The notes beneath the pieces are model-generated. The model was not told the DNA's origin. It did no database searches and saw only the letters and a list, made by a program, of their open reading frames with translations. The position numbers and the translations under genes are program-made. DNA of 64,000 bases. It comes from the human T2T-CHM13v2.0 reference genome, Homo sapiens. The stretch lies in assembly GCF_009914755.1 (NCBI RefSeq), contig NC_060929.1; one strand, 5' to 3'. Positions 1-13,530 of the stretch are shown here, piece after piece; positions within the stretch are counted from its first letter, which is position 1; every line of letters starts with the position of its first letter.

Positions 1-28
<28 letters not shown>
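1..28. repeat. (TG)n microsatellite, truncated by the window edge
   Basis: 14 perfect TG units read directly. Confidence 0.97.
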
Positions 29-31
<3 letters not shown>

Positions 32-794
32 TTTTAGATAGGATCTCTAAGCGAGAGACCTATTGGAAGTGAGGGGTTAGCCAAGTGGATATTTGGATAA
101 AAATATGTGTTCTATAAACAAAGTTTTAAAAATAGTGAGGAGGCCAGTGTGACTGGAGAAGATTGAATATGGGGAAAGTGGAAGGAGATGAGAGCAAAGG
201 GCCAACTTGGAGCTGGCTTCTGTAAGGCCCTGTAGTAGCTAGACCAGGCTGTGTTCTGAGAGAGCTGTGAAGCATCTGGAAGATTCTGAGCACAAGATGA
301 CCTGCAATTATCTATGGAAGTGTCTTCCCCAGAGGGACATGTCTGCCCTCGAACAGCACCAGGGTATACATTTGTAATTATTTTCATGTTTTAACAGGTG
401 TTTATTAATTTTGAAATTAGAATCACTGGTGACTGAGATTCAGCGGAACCATCAGCTGGTGGTCCGTTAAATAATGGCACAGATTTCCACAGCTTTCTGA
501 GCTGCAGCTAGGGTTAATCTTGTCTTGAAGTAAGTCTTGGATAGTTGCTTTCTCTTACACATTCCACTCCGCGTTTCTCTTTGCTCTCTTTTTAGTTCTT
601 CCATTTCTTCCTTATTCCATAAGACCTTTTCCCAAACTTCCATCCCAAACCATACTTCCTTGTTAGAATGTGTTTTGTCAGATTTAAACTACCCCTTCTC
701 CCTCCTTAAAAAGAGGCCAGTGATTTTGTTTGTTGTTTGAGTCACAAGAATTAAAAGCCCATCCTCGCTTCTTAAAATCCCTTAATCTTTCTTC

Positions 795-860
795 TCCTCT
801 TCTGTAAAATGGGTGTAACATCTGCCTCAGTGAGTTGTTAGGAGAAACAAATGAGATTTA
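795..860 (+). mobile_element. MIR SINE core fragment
   Basis: MIR core-like ctcttctgtaaaatggg...gagttgttaggagaaacaaatgagat. Confidence 0.6.
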
Positions 861-1048
861 GCCATTAAAAGAGTAATGAAATTTCCTGAAACTTTAAAAA
901 AATTACTTTCTTTTTTGAATTTTATTTTTCCTTTTATTAAGTATTTTAACTATAACCCATTTTTTTGTTTCTTTGTTTGTTTCTAGCTTTATGGTCTGCC
1001 AATACAAGAACATCATCAATCTAATATAAACAGTTTGGTCAAATGTCT

Positions 1049-1087
1049 TTGGGACCTATCTATTGGGACCTATTACTTGGGACCTAT
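1049..1087. repeat. 14-bp-period tandem repeat, 3 copies of ttgggacctat
   Basis: ttgggacctat at 1049, 1063 and 1077. Confidence 0.85.
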
Positions 1088-1740
1088 TCATTACTATTAT
1101 AATTAATAGTATTCTTTTGGAAAATATGTCACTGTATTACATTCATGTGTTAATTATGAATGCAATTCACAAATCTGTGATAAAAGTTACACTGCACCAG
1201 ACACTCCAGACACAGGGCTAAAGAGGACTGATATTGCCACACATAAAGAAGTATTTATTACAACAGGAATAGAGTCATGTAACAAGCAAGTGCAAGCAAT
1301 TGTGCTTCTTGGTAGCACAAATACAGAACCATGCAGTATTACAGAGGTGCCTAAGGTGGGGGCCTTAAGAGAATCTGAACATTCTGACGTTGAGAAACAA
1401 TGCTTAGAGGTATTTGTTGTTGTTGGTGTTGCTATAAAAATCCTCCCCTTTCATGAACATTTTTTCTTTACTTATTTTATGTGTTTGTTTGATTCCCTAA
1501 TTTAGGCTTTAAAATGTGCTGACTTTGTAGTCATAATTATGGTACGCTTTTCAAAATTGTTAATGCGGGTGACCAAAACCAATCCCTACCCTTTACAGGC
1601 CTGCCACAATCCTATTGATAGCGGCAACTGCCAGCTGAAGGTTTTGGATCTTGTGATTGCAATGGAAACTGGCACGATCAATCCACTTATTTGCTAAATT
1701 ACCCGTGCTTCCTCTACTGTAATTCCCCCCTGCCCCCTGC

Positions 1741-2034
1741 GAGACAGAGTCTCGCTCTGTCGCCAGGCTGGAGTGCAGTGGCCCGGCATGATCTCGGCTC
1801 GCTGCAAGCTCCGCTTCCTGGGTTCAGGCGATTCCCCTACCTCAGCCTCTGGAGTAGCTGGGATTACAGGCGCGCGCCACCACCCCCAGCTAATTATCAT
1901 TATTATTATTTTTGTATTTTAGTAGAGAAGGGATTTCACCATGTTGACCAGGATGGTCTCGATCTCCTGATCTCGTAATCTGCCCTCCTCGGCCTCTCAA
2001 AGTGCTGGGATTATAGGCTTGAGCCACCGTGTCC
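1741..2034 (-). mobile_element. Alu, AluSc-like, lacking a poly(A) tail
   Basis: Full antisense Alu dimer; Sc-type cgccaggctg and ggatggtctcgatctc; TSD cctctactgtaatt at 1711-1724 and 2033-2046. Confidence 0.95.
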
Positions 2035-3844
2035 TCTACTGTAATTTTACTTGCCCCCTGTGGGGTAAATATTTTCAACATACTTTTTGGTACTGCAGTA
2101 AATCACATTCTATCCTCAAGGATGAAAAGCAGGAAGATTCTTATTCATTAGAATAGAGTTTCTTCCCAAACATCCATGCAAGTTTAAAGGCTCCTATTGA
2201 CTATGTATTAGAAGCACTTTTTTTGTTGTGTTTTGTTTTTTACTGAAATGATATTGTTGGCTCTACAAACAAATGAAACCCAATAATGGGTTTCTCTATT
2301 CTTGCTGGTCTTTTCCTTCTTAAAAGAATCATGTGGTCATTCCTTATTTGAAAAAAAAAAAGAAAAAGACACTGAAATGCTGCAATGCCTGATAAGGAGA
2401 ATCTGCAACACTTGGACATCTTGTGTATAAGAAAAGATTCTTATCCTTATGCTACTGTCATGGAGCTTGGATATTTACAAACCTACCGCTTTTGACAAGC
2501 TTGTGAGAATTTACATAGTCTCACACCGCCCCTAATTTTTATGGCAGAAGTGTCTCACATTTGTAATATTCTCAGAGCTCCTCAGGATTCTAACCTCTCT
2601 AACTAGAGATGGTTTCTGAGCAGGCAAGAAGGAAAAAGAGGCAAAAACTGATTGCATCTTTTGTTTGCTTTTCAAAGCCAGATCTCGAAATTCCCAAGAA
2701 TCCTTAAAGTTGGAGACATGTAGCTAATGGAATTCTAGTCAATCCACATATTTATGTGTTTGGAAAGTGGCTGTTATCAGTTCTTCTTAACCATGTGCAC
2801 TATTGTCAGGGCCCTTCCAGGCAGCCACACCTGACGAAAGCTGTGATTGCCCTAGATTTCCACTAGAGACCTCTAGCTGATCACAGGAGCCTGGAAAGCA
2901 GCTCTCATTACTGGGCGTTTCTCTAGAAGCAGCAGAGGATAAGAGTTTGCCAGTTGCCCCTGGGAGAAGGTGGACTTTACCATCAAAGGAAAATAATTCT
3001 GTATAATCTTTCTCTCTCTCATTTTTTTTTAAAGCAAATTGAGGCTTATTCAAGTAGGTATATTGTGAAACACTGAAGAGGAAATAATTTCTGTGTCTTA
3101 AAGCTATGGCATACAAAAGACAAAATAGAGATTTTTATAGATTGAAAGGCCCCTTCTCTAAGGGGCTGTTCATACTGATATTTGGAGGCCAGCCTCAATT
3201 CTCAGTGTTTGAGAGCTTCTCCTGACAGGTATGAGGGAGAATGAGTTTACTCGCAGTCTGAGAGCTTTTAGGCATTATTGTGAAGCTGAACAAAGTGCTC
3301 CCTGTGCCCCACCATGCCCCAGCCTTTTACTGCAGCCCCCTATATGTGAAGGATGGTAGCCCTCCGGGTGCATACCACCTTCAATGCCAGGCCTATAGCT
3401 GTAATCCCATGCAACAGAAACAGATGGGATACATCTGTAAGGAGAGACTGGTAGATGAAGTTTCACCGTTTTTCCAAAAACGCAAAACACATTAATCTCC
3501 ATTTGCCTTTGAATAGTCTGCAGTAGAAACAGAGGACCAAAAGGGAAAATAATCTCCCCTCATTTAACCTGTGCCCCTGTGAAAAACTGTGATAGCTTGT
3601 ATTTCAGAAACTGAGTGTAACTAATTTTGCCCTCTATCCATGGTCTTCACTACACAGCAGCATTAGAAAGAGAATCAAAATCGGATCAGATCAATGAATC
3701 TATAAAGCCTTTTTTGGAATGTATTGCCACCACGAGTTGATCAGTTTCTCCAGAGGCCCTCTAATACCCAGTTTTCTCTGGGGCAATTGTAGATCCTTTT
3801 GCATTCATTTTTAGGACAAATCTTGTCATTCTTTTAGGTAGACT

Positions 3845-4330
3845 GTCATTTGTTCATTCATTTATTCATTTGTTTTTCAAATGCCTATGCTGCTCCAGTC
3901 GCTGTGATTTGCAAAGAAAACACAAATGATGATATACAGGGCTTGAGTGGGAGTTCCTAACATTGGATCCACAGATTCCTAAAAGTGAACGACTACTTCA
4001 AGATGTCTGTAATCCTCCTAAGATGTGTGTGTGCTTTAACTATGAGAAAAATCCAAGATTTAGAACAATCTTTAAAGGGATTGATGTAAAAACTATTGTA
4101 GAGGCTGACAGTTACACGAGCAAGTAATCAGAAGACTACATTAGAATTGTCATATAGTAAAGATACAGTATGTACAGTGTCACATGAGGTCACAGGTGGA
4201 GTTTTCTCAATTGTCACTGATGACACAGGTCAGTGAAGGCTACAGAGAAGGTAGCATTTGTGTTATATGTGAAGGTTGAGTAGGAAGTGGTGAGATGACT
4301 TGAAGGGAGGGTAGACGAAAGTCAGTGTGC
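3845..4330 (-). mobile_element. L2 LINE 3' relic, interrupted
   Basis: tcatttgttcattcatttattcatt terminus followed by L2-like purine-rich sequence. Confidence 0.5.
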
Positions 4331-4756
4331 TCTGAGGGGCAGTTCACCTCCAGGGTCTGAGGCCACCCTGCAAGTTGGAGCATGATTGGAATTTTCTCTC
4401 CTGCAACCTGACAAATGAAGCGCGCTTTGCCATGAGTCAACTGTTACGGGAAAAGGAATTCCACAGGCATGCCCTGACTGACCACAAATGGGCGAGAGCA
4501 CATGTGAGTACAGAATGCCCAAAGGTTGGTGTGGAATAATCAAAACGATTCAAATGCTTGGTGCTGTACCAGAGTTGTAGGAGGCCTAGCCTCAGCACTG
4601 TACTGCTGCTCTCACTCTCCAACCTGCACTGGAGAGGAAGGTCAACTACAGTAGATGGAGCTCTGCACCAGGTCCAGAAAGCAGACCTTGATTCTGCAGC
4701 TGACCATCTTCCTGCTCACTTAATTCCACCAGCCTCCACTTCTGCTTCTGCACTTA

Positions 4757-4950
4757 ACAGTTACATTTATTGAGGACCTCTATATCCCAGCCACCGTACT
4801 GGGTGAATTACCTGCCTAGTTTCATTTTATTCTCCTGACACCCTGCAAAGTAATTTTCATTTTCCAAATAGGGAAAATATACTCAGAAAATTAAAATAAT
4901 GCCAAAGTAGTCATGCTGCTATAATGTGGTGATACCAAGAGAACCACAGT
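4757..4950 (-). mobile_element. MIR SINE
   Basis: acatttattgaggacctctat...ccctgcaaag...ttcattttccaaatagggaaa matches antisense MIR. Confidence 0.6.
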
Positions 4951-6370
4951 CTCTACTTCAATCTTGATAATTCAACTGGTTTTAAATGTCACCATCTTAA
5001 GGCTATTGATTTATCAGTGAAACAAGAGAGGTCACTGTAATTTAACACAGTTTTGCAGAGCTAGAATACTGCATTGGGCATATATTGCTTATTTGGGAAG
5101 TTATAGATGTGAGTTTGTCTACAGGAGTGCCATATTTTGATGGTTAACGATAGTTTAATTTTAAACTTACAGGATACAGGTTAAGATTAAGCTGTTTCTT
5201 TCATGTGAGTCTCATCACTGAGATCTGATTCCACCTACAAAGGTAAGAGAATTTGAAGTAAGTAGCAACTAGTCTTCTCAGAATGTTCCAAATTGCAAAA
5301 ACAAGTCTGGATTTTAATCTGAGAATTATTACTTTATCAGGATCTATCTATAAAATATACCATTTGACCATAACAAAATAAATTATAAGTTGGGTGTTTG
5401 TTTTTTTTAAGAAAAAGCACTTGATCAGCCTAATTGATAAATATTGTCTTATTCCATGGTGGGCTGTAGACAACAAAAGCAGCAAGACATTTTTTTCATA
5501 TGAAGTAAAACTATGGCTTTGCATTTACAAAGAAATGTTCAATTCTTATGCTAGCATTTTAAAATCTTTTCTCATTTAAAAACATATCTAGCATATCATT
5601 GAATGTAATACTGAGTAATTTTTCTTTACATATTTTAAATTGCGTATCCAATATATTTTAGTTAACTCTACAGCAAGTGCCATAACCTAAGAAATGAACA
5701 GTCAAAAATGCAATCTTTGATAACATCTTTAGCTACTTGAATTATTTTAAATGAAGAGGGGATTTCTATATGTAGAATGCATAAAAAACCTTTAAACTGA
5801 GCAATTGTTTGCAGAACTTCATAAATACTAAAGAATTCTGGTCATTGTATTTCTTCCATATTAAAAATACACTGTAGCCATATTAAAAGATACTTCTAGC
5901 TGCTGTATTTCCTAACCTGTATATTTAAACTTGAACAGTGTATGCATTCATTATAGCATGTTATAGAACTATCTTTCTAACAAGAATATCGGTTACCAAA
6001 AGCCAATTATGATTTTTGGATATTGTGATGTAATGCAGTGAATTGACCTGCTGTTGAGTAAGACTGACTTCAGTAGTAATTCATTTAACTTTAAAATGAC
6101 AGACCCCAAAAGTCCCCGATGATATTGTCAGGTGCTATGCTTTAAGACAAGGCAGTTGACAGGATATTTTTCTTTCTTGAGATTTGCAAGTCTCTCTAAC
6201 TTTCAGAAAAATAAAAAGCAAGTAGGTGGATATAACTCTGCTACCCTACCTATTTAGTTAAAAAGTAAAAAACCACCCAGTCACTCAGTCGAAAACACAG
6301 ATGCTTGGCATTCTCTACTCAAGTTATCTGAATTTGTAATTTAAATTTTAAATTTCAAAAGAAAGAGCTG

Positions 6371-6808
6371 TGTCTCAGGTTCCCAGAAAGCCAGCTCTGA
6401 GATGGAGTTTGCCATGCAGGAAGTTTACTGTGGAGTGTCCCTGGGAACAGCCCCTATGCAAGGGAAAGGAAGGAAGCAGGGCTGGAGACAGGAGGAAGAG
6501 GAAATGTGATACAGTCACTATGGGCACCCTTGCCTATCATAGGGAAACTCGGAAGATAAATGACCCTTCAGAGCTGATCTGAGTTGAGGTGGAATGGCTG
6601 GGATAGTAAACTCCCATGCAGATTAGTCATTGGTTGTGGGTCACCTGGGAAGGCGACCTGACCTTGGGCAAGGTGGCTCTCTTCAGTAGAGATAATCGTG
6701 GAAGTGGCTGACAGGGGAGGTTGTCCCTCAGCAATGCTCCTAGTCACTAAGGGAATGAGTACTTCAGTCCTAAAGGGGACTCTAGGTGACATTACAGCAT
6801 CCATCACA
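6371..6808 (-). mobile_element. LTR16-family (ERVL) solo LTR
   Basis: tgtctcaggttcccagaaagccagctctgagatggagtttgccatgcaggaagtttact ... catccatcaca with TG..CA ends. Confidence 0.7.
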
Positions 6809-7275
6809 GGTTGACGTGCAGAAATATGTAGTTATCTAATGTTACTTATGTGCAGTCTAGATACTTATTTCTCATTTGTAAATTTGTGATATCTTTAGTT
6901 TTCCTGTAGTTCCTCAATAATATTGCCAAATACAGAGGTATAACCTTTTGGACACTAACAATGTCATAACAAGGAATTTATCAAATGTGATACATAACTT
7001 CTTTGTACTGTGTGGAAAATATTTGCATTATGCCATTTTGGAATGCTGTAGTTATAAATTTGTGATTCTTGTGAGTCTCTTATTGTAGAAACGGCTTGGG
7101 CTTGCAATGTCAACATGGTTCCTTTACTATTTCATTGTCCTCTCATCTTCTATTCTAATATCCCATGATAAATCCTTGATATTGTTAATTTAATATTTTT
7201 TAATCTATTCTTCACCTTTAAAATGTGATTAGAGGTTATGGGAATAAATATAGTATGGAAGTCAAAATAATATTA

Positions 7276-7800
<525 letters not shown>

Positions 7801-8009
7801 ACACAGGTAGATAGGTACAGATATGTTGTTTCAATCATTCCACTGAAATATCCCAACACTTTTTATATCATTAGATACTGCTGAAAAATTTTAAGGGAGG
7901 CAAAAGAAAATCACATGATTTACAACATTTTTCATGTCCATGAAAATACATTTTGTTTCTATGTAAGAGCTGAATCATTCTGTTCTCTGATGGGCCATTG
8001 AATTTATTT

Positions 8010-8400
8010 ATTAATTCACTGAATCTCTCATTCATTTAACAAATATTTGCTGGGTACCTACTATGCCCCAGGCACTTAAGATTCACCAAAGAACAAAATG
8101 GGCCAAATGCTCAGTTCATGGAATTAAATTCCAGTGAAAGGAAAGAGATGATAAATGAGATGGAGAAAGAAATAAGTGAAGGATAGGGAGATCAGGAGTG
8201 GAGACAGTTGCTGCTTTACATAGGAAGGCCAGCATAGGCTAATCTATGATCAAAGACAGAAGGGAAGGGAAGTATATAGCCCCACAGATACTTAGAGGAA
8301 GAGCATTCCAGCAGCTGGAAGACCCAGTGCGTGGTCAAAGATATGAGTGTGTACATTGTGTGCATGGAGAAGGCTGATACTACTAGAGCAGAGTGAACCA
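8010..8400 (-). mobile_element. L2 LINE 3' fragment
   Basis: tcattcatttaacaaatatttgctgggtacctactatgccccaggcac is a typical antisense L2 3' end. Confidence 0.7.
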
Positions 8401-9700
8401 GAAAGAATTCCTTTCCTTTATTTTTAAAGGCTTTCCTTTAAAGGTGACAAAAGAATCAGTCAAAAGACCTGCTCAAACTTTCTTCAGCCCAAGTTCTTCA
8501 GCAAAAGCTTGGGTCAATAACAGACCCAAGTTCACATTGGAGATGGAAGGCAGGATAGACTTGAGCAATTGCTTCTAAGAGCAGTGGAACTGATGCATGG
8601 CTGTTCACATGTGAAGTTTTGTTTTTCTCAGAAGGGCATGAGCTGTCCTACCCTTTAAGAGAATGTGCAGACATGATCGCAAACAGGGTACAAATGCTGG
8701 TCCATGGAGCAAAGTCTTGGGAGAGTTTACTGACCCAACTGGGTGCATTGAAAATGTGCTCAGGGAGTTATTATGTCATGATCTGTGGATTAAATCCTCC
8801 CTAATTATGCAGTGATGAAGCAAAGAAGAGTTCCTCACCACAGCTTTGATGATGAGAATTTGGGCTCTTGGAAACATTCTCAAAGACTTCAGTCAGTCTT
8901 GCTCTCTTCTTTCGAATCAGATCAAAAGGGGACACATTTGGGAAAAGTTCTCAATTCCAGTGATTCTTTCTCAGCAAGATTGGATAAAGTTAGGAAAGAA
9001 AGCAAGGGGCTTGGTTAAAATCAGTGAGGATCAACTTGTTATATTAATGTAATGTCAAATATTTGTTTGGTTTTTGTGTATGATACTGTTAAATTTATTT
9101 GATTATGCAAACTTTATTTATTTATAAGAAAAATGAATGTAAAGATACTAAATCTGTTACAGAATGAAACCAAATCATGTCTCTTAATATTTATACAAGC
9201 AGTGGAAGAAAATCTCTCTGATGTCCTTGAATTTACACTATGTTTACATTTCTTTCTTTGAAGCTGTAATGAAATCTGGCATATAGATTCTAACTGTGTT
9301 TATGCAGAATAACTTGAGTGAGATTTAAGGTCTAAAAAGAAAGTGGGTGTGGAATATTTAAAACCCAGAATCAAAGGCATCTCTATTTACGATAACTTTC
9401 AGCTGTATAAAAACATTAAGAAAGATTATTTAAATCCGTCTTTTATTTCATAAAATATTTCATCATTGATCTAAAATCAGAATATTCTTTCCATTGGTAT
9501 GGATCAAAATAAATTCAAAGATGTGATACATTCTAATAATTAATGGGGTTTTAAAAAATGGTTGTTAATTAGAACAAATAACAAAAGAACCTTCTTTTAT
9601 AACTTAATTGTAAATTTTCTTTTCTCCGATTATAAAAATATTAAACAGTTATTTTAAAGAATTTGGAAAATACAGCAATTTGCTTAGAAAAGAAATTGTA

Positions 9701-9872
9701 GTTAGGTGTAGTGGCACGTACTCATATTCCCAGCTACTCAGGTGGCTGAAGTGGGAGGATTGTTTGAGCCCAGGGGTTCAAGTCCAGCCTAACCAACATA
9801 GCAAGACCTTGAAAAGAAAGAAAGAAAGAAAGAAGGAAAGAAGGAAAGAAAGAAAGAGAAGAAAGAAGAAAG
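9701..9872 (+). mobile_element. FLAM (free left Alu monomer) with (GAAA)n tail
   Basis: Single ~110-bp monomer (cccagctactcagg...gggaggattgtttgagcccagg...gcaagacc) followed by a GA-rich tail at 9811-9872. Confidence 0.8.
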
Positions 9873-11756
9873 AATTAAAAATTTCATTAATATACTACTC
9901 AGAAATAATTCTCAGTATTGTGATATACTACAAATAGATATCTTGGGAAATTATACATGTTTGTATATTGCATCAAAACTGAAATAATAACATGAAATAA
10001 TTTTGTTTCCTAATTAGTTTTTAATTATATTTATAATAAAAAATCTATTACCAAAGGATTAAAAGTAAAAGTTCTCTCACCCCAACCTTGACCTCTGTTT
10101 CCCAAGGTAATTGCTGCTGATTGTCGTATATTTGTTCCAATTTGACAGAGATATTACAATTGTATCATCCTACAGAAAACATTAACATTGTATGTTTGTC
10201 GTCATGTATCTCATGGAGAATCTTAAAAATCAAAGAGATTAGCAGGGTATATAGCATATAAACAAGTACAATAAAGGACGCTTTTTTGTAAGGCTTTCTC
10301 TACATGTAATTTTTAAGTTAAGATATTAAGTCAATGATATCAATTTGACACTTTTCCAAGTCTATACACTAGAGTCTGTTTCCACATCCTAGAAGATAAC
10401 ACGTAGGTAGGTAACTCTCCACTTACCAGAGAGAATCAGTAATCTCAAAAGCCAGCCTATTCCACACAGTATTGCTCTGCCAAATCCCTGCCTCTTTCCT
10501 ACCTCACCACTCAAGAACTGATGTGCTTTCACGTAGAGGCCATGACCATCTTTGCCTTGGCCTTCACTGGATCCCCTGTGTTCTATTGTATCTGTGCCAT
10601 GAGATGCAATGCTTCTCTGTGCTTATCTTTCCAGGCTTTAAAAATCCCTTCTGTGCATAAGTTGGTCATCACTTGTATTAAATTCCTTGGTTTCAAGTTT
10701 CAAATGATAAAAACTTTTCTCCTTCTTAAATTCCTGTTTTCAATTTCTTGTTACAGTCTTAAATACTTGGCATCCGAAGGGAGACAAATGCTCATTCTAC
10801 CCTAATATTATATCTTCACTTTGCTTGAAATCAACTGTTGATACTTCCAAAAAACAGCATTCCACAACATTTTGTGGCTAGGAATTCCCCAAGTCATGCA
10901 GCAGCCTGCTGCTTTCTAATAAGGATAGAAATTTCAGATCTTTCTTACTATTAAATCTTGGTACAAGTTCATTCAAAGAAAGTTTAGTCTAATTAAAAAA
11001 TTATGTCCTTTAACTTAATTCCCCAGTACCTATCTATCTATGATGTAATTGATCATGAATGGTTTCCACTGGCATACATTTTCAACTACCAACATGCCTA
11101 TTTTGAGGAGCTGTGTTCCACTCTCTTGAAGTGCCTTGGATTGTGCCACAAGGATTCCTAGTAAATGCTTGTGATAATAAATTAAAGTCTTAATTAAGAT
11201 GCTAATATGCATAGCAATTGCTATTAAATCAGCTTCCTTTGGTGGATAGAAATGGTATTTCATATCACTTATCCAATAGCATGTGTAATTATTCTGAAAA
11301 CTCCTAAAATTCCTGAAATTTATTCTTTCTTCATTACTTCTTCATGTTCCACCTCTTCTCTTTCCTATGATATATATTATATGTGTTGTAGATACTTTAG
11401 TAATTTCAACCTCTATTATTCCAGTCAAACATCCCAACTGAAAGAAAGGTAAGGAGATGAATGCCCTCTGGCCCTGGATGATATGTAAGAAGAACCTAGC
11501 TCTGTAGCTTAAATTCCCCAAAACAAACAGAAAATGAGCAACTCCATGAGTACTGAGATTTGTACAACTTTTATCATGACCTAAAGTGACTTGAGTAATT
11601 GTATCCCAGGCCAAAGAAGGCTTCTACTCATTACTAATTCAATGAGTATGTTTAAAAATAATAAACTAATATGTTTAAAAATAGTAATAAGTAAACAAAT
11701 GATTTCAAGCCAATCTCAGTATGATTAACTGAATACAAATTATAATAGAAGCAAGA

Positions 11757-11905
11757 TGGGAGGCTGAGAGAGGAGAATCCCCTGAATCCGTGAGTTGGAG
11801 GTTGCAGTGAGCCAAGATCACGCCATTGCACTCCACCCTGAGCAACAAGAGCAAAAATCCATCTAAAAAATAAAAAATAAAAATAAAAATAAAAATAAAA
11901 ATAAA
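11757..11905 (+). mobile_element. 5'-truncated Alu right arm (AluSq/Sp-like) with (TAAAAA)n tail
   Basis: gggaggctgag...gcaacaagagcaaaa, with the AACAAGAGC diagnostic. Confidence 0.9.
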
Positions 11906-12621
11906 GATCAATCATGTTTTCTGGTTCTGCGGGAGGAGGAGAGAATACAAACTTACACTGAACAATTTTATTTTTTAGGATTTCCAAAAGATAGAGCTAA
12001 AATTAAGCCTAGATTGAGTTCATGGTAAGTAGAAATAAAAACAACCTAAAGATTTCCCCTGATATAGTCAAAGCATACTTTACCAGTACATAGTTCTGAG
12101 CTAGAGAAATCTTTTACAGGTTTACAAGATGGGTAGCCACACACTTTAAAATGTTCCTCTAATGGGAGCTGTATCCTCTTCTCCACCTGTGGCATCTTGA
12201 CCCCTCTCCACTTCAACCAAGGCTGGATTTTCTCTACTCCCTTTCTTCTCTAGCGATCACAAGAGCTCATCCCCAGAAAAAAATGTCAAGTCTAATCCAA
12301 CCCACTAAGATCTCATCTTAAAAACTGCAATAAAACAAATAGTCATAGTATAGAGAACATGTATTAAATGATCTCTATTCACTAACTTGTTTCCTTCAGG
12401 TTTACAAGTGAAAGCAAAGCATACTTTACCAATACATAGTTATGAGATACAGAAATTTGTTTTCACAATGGGCCATTTTCCCCCATTTCCTCCTTTAAAC
12501 ATCCTCCTTCTTAATGCTCCCTGCATTCTCCTCAAGCTGTCAAGTTTAATCAAAACTTGTTCTGATGGAAAAATTTGCTATGCATATCACTTCTGCATAA
12601 GAGAATGGAAATAGTTTAAAG

Positions 12622-12961
12622 CAGCGGTCCCCAACCTTTTTGGCACCAGGGACCGGTTTCATGGAAGACAATTTTTCCACGGATGGAGGTTGGGAAAGGT
12701 TTCAGGATGAAACTGTTCCACCTCAGATCATCAGGCATTAGTTAGATTCTCATAAGAAGCATACAATCTAGATCTCTCGCATGTACAGTTCACAGTAAGG
12801 CTTGCGCTCCTATGGGAATCTAATGCCACCGCTGATCTGACAGGGGGCGGAGCTCAGGTAGCAATGCTAGCTTGCCTGCTGCTCACCTCCTCCTGTGTGG
12901 CCTAGTTCCTAACAGGCCATGGACTCATACCAGTCTGCGCCATGGGATTTGGGGACCCCTT
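12622..12961 (+). mobile_element. MER1B hAT-Charlie non-autonomous DNA transposon
   Basis: TIRs cagcggtccccaa / ttggggacccct; ~340 bp; degenerate 8-bp TSD gtttaaag / gtttagaa. Confidence 0.88.
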
Positions 12962-13037
12962 GTTTAGAAGATCACCAATTCCAGGAGCATTTTCATGGAA
13001 TAACCCAGTGCTATATATTTTTTAAAGTTAATTTCAA

Positions 13038-13323
13038 TTTTTTTAGAGACAGGGTGTTACTCTGTTGCCCGGGCTGGAGTGCAGTGTTGTGATTCATAGT
13101 TCACAACAGCCTTGAACTTCTGGAATCAAGCAATCCCCCCACCTCAAGCTTCCTGAGTGGTGGGGACTAGAGGTGTGTGCCACCATCCGTCTAATTTTTT
13201 CAATTTCTTTTTAGAGAGAGGATCTCATTATGTTGACCAGACTGGTCTTGAACTCCTCCCCTGAAGCTATCCTCCTGCCTCAGCCTCTCAAAGTGCTGGG
13301 ATTCCAGGTGTGAACCCCAGTGC
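13038..13323 (-). mobile_element. AluJ SINE
   Basis: Diverged antisense Alu dimer with J-type agagacaggg...cagccttgaac...tcaagcaatcc. Confidence 0.9.
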
Positions 13324-13329
13324 AACTTC

Positions 13330-13530
13330 AGCATTTATAAAATAGTTCAAATTCATTGAATTTTAGAAATTCTTACAATCTCCCGTGGTAGGTATTAGTA
13401 ACTTCATTATACAGATAAGCCAATCAGAGAATAAACAGGTCGGTGGCTTGCCCTTACTCACAGGCCTAAATAAGTGGCAGAGCCCGAGTCTTAGCATACC
13501 TTTCATTGAAATCTTTTCTCTTAGAGCACA
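13330..13530 (-). mobile_element. MIR SINE
   Basis: tcttacaatc...ggtaggtatt...cattatacagataag...ggcttgccc...aagtggcagagcc. Confidence 0.6.

Noticed and set aside
442-468. Quasi-palindrome agcggaaccatcagctggtggtccgtt as a small RNA hairpin
   Set aside because: It is too short, has no loop, and matches no RNA family I recognise.
1049-1087. CRISPR-like or other repeat-spacer array
   Set aside because: Only three 11-nt units with 3-nt gaps in primate DNA; this is a simple tandem repeat.
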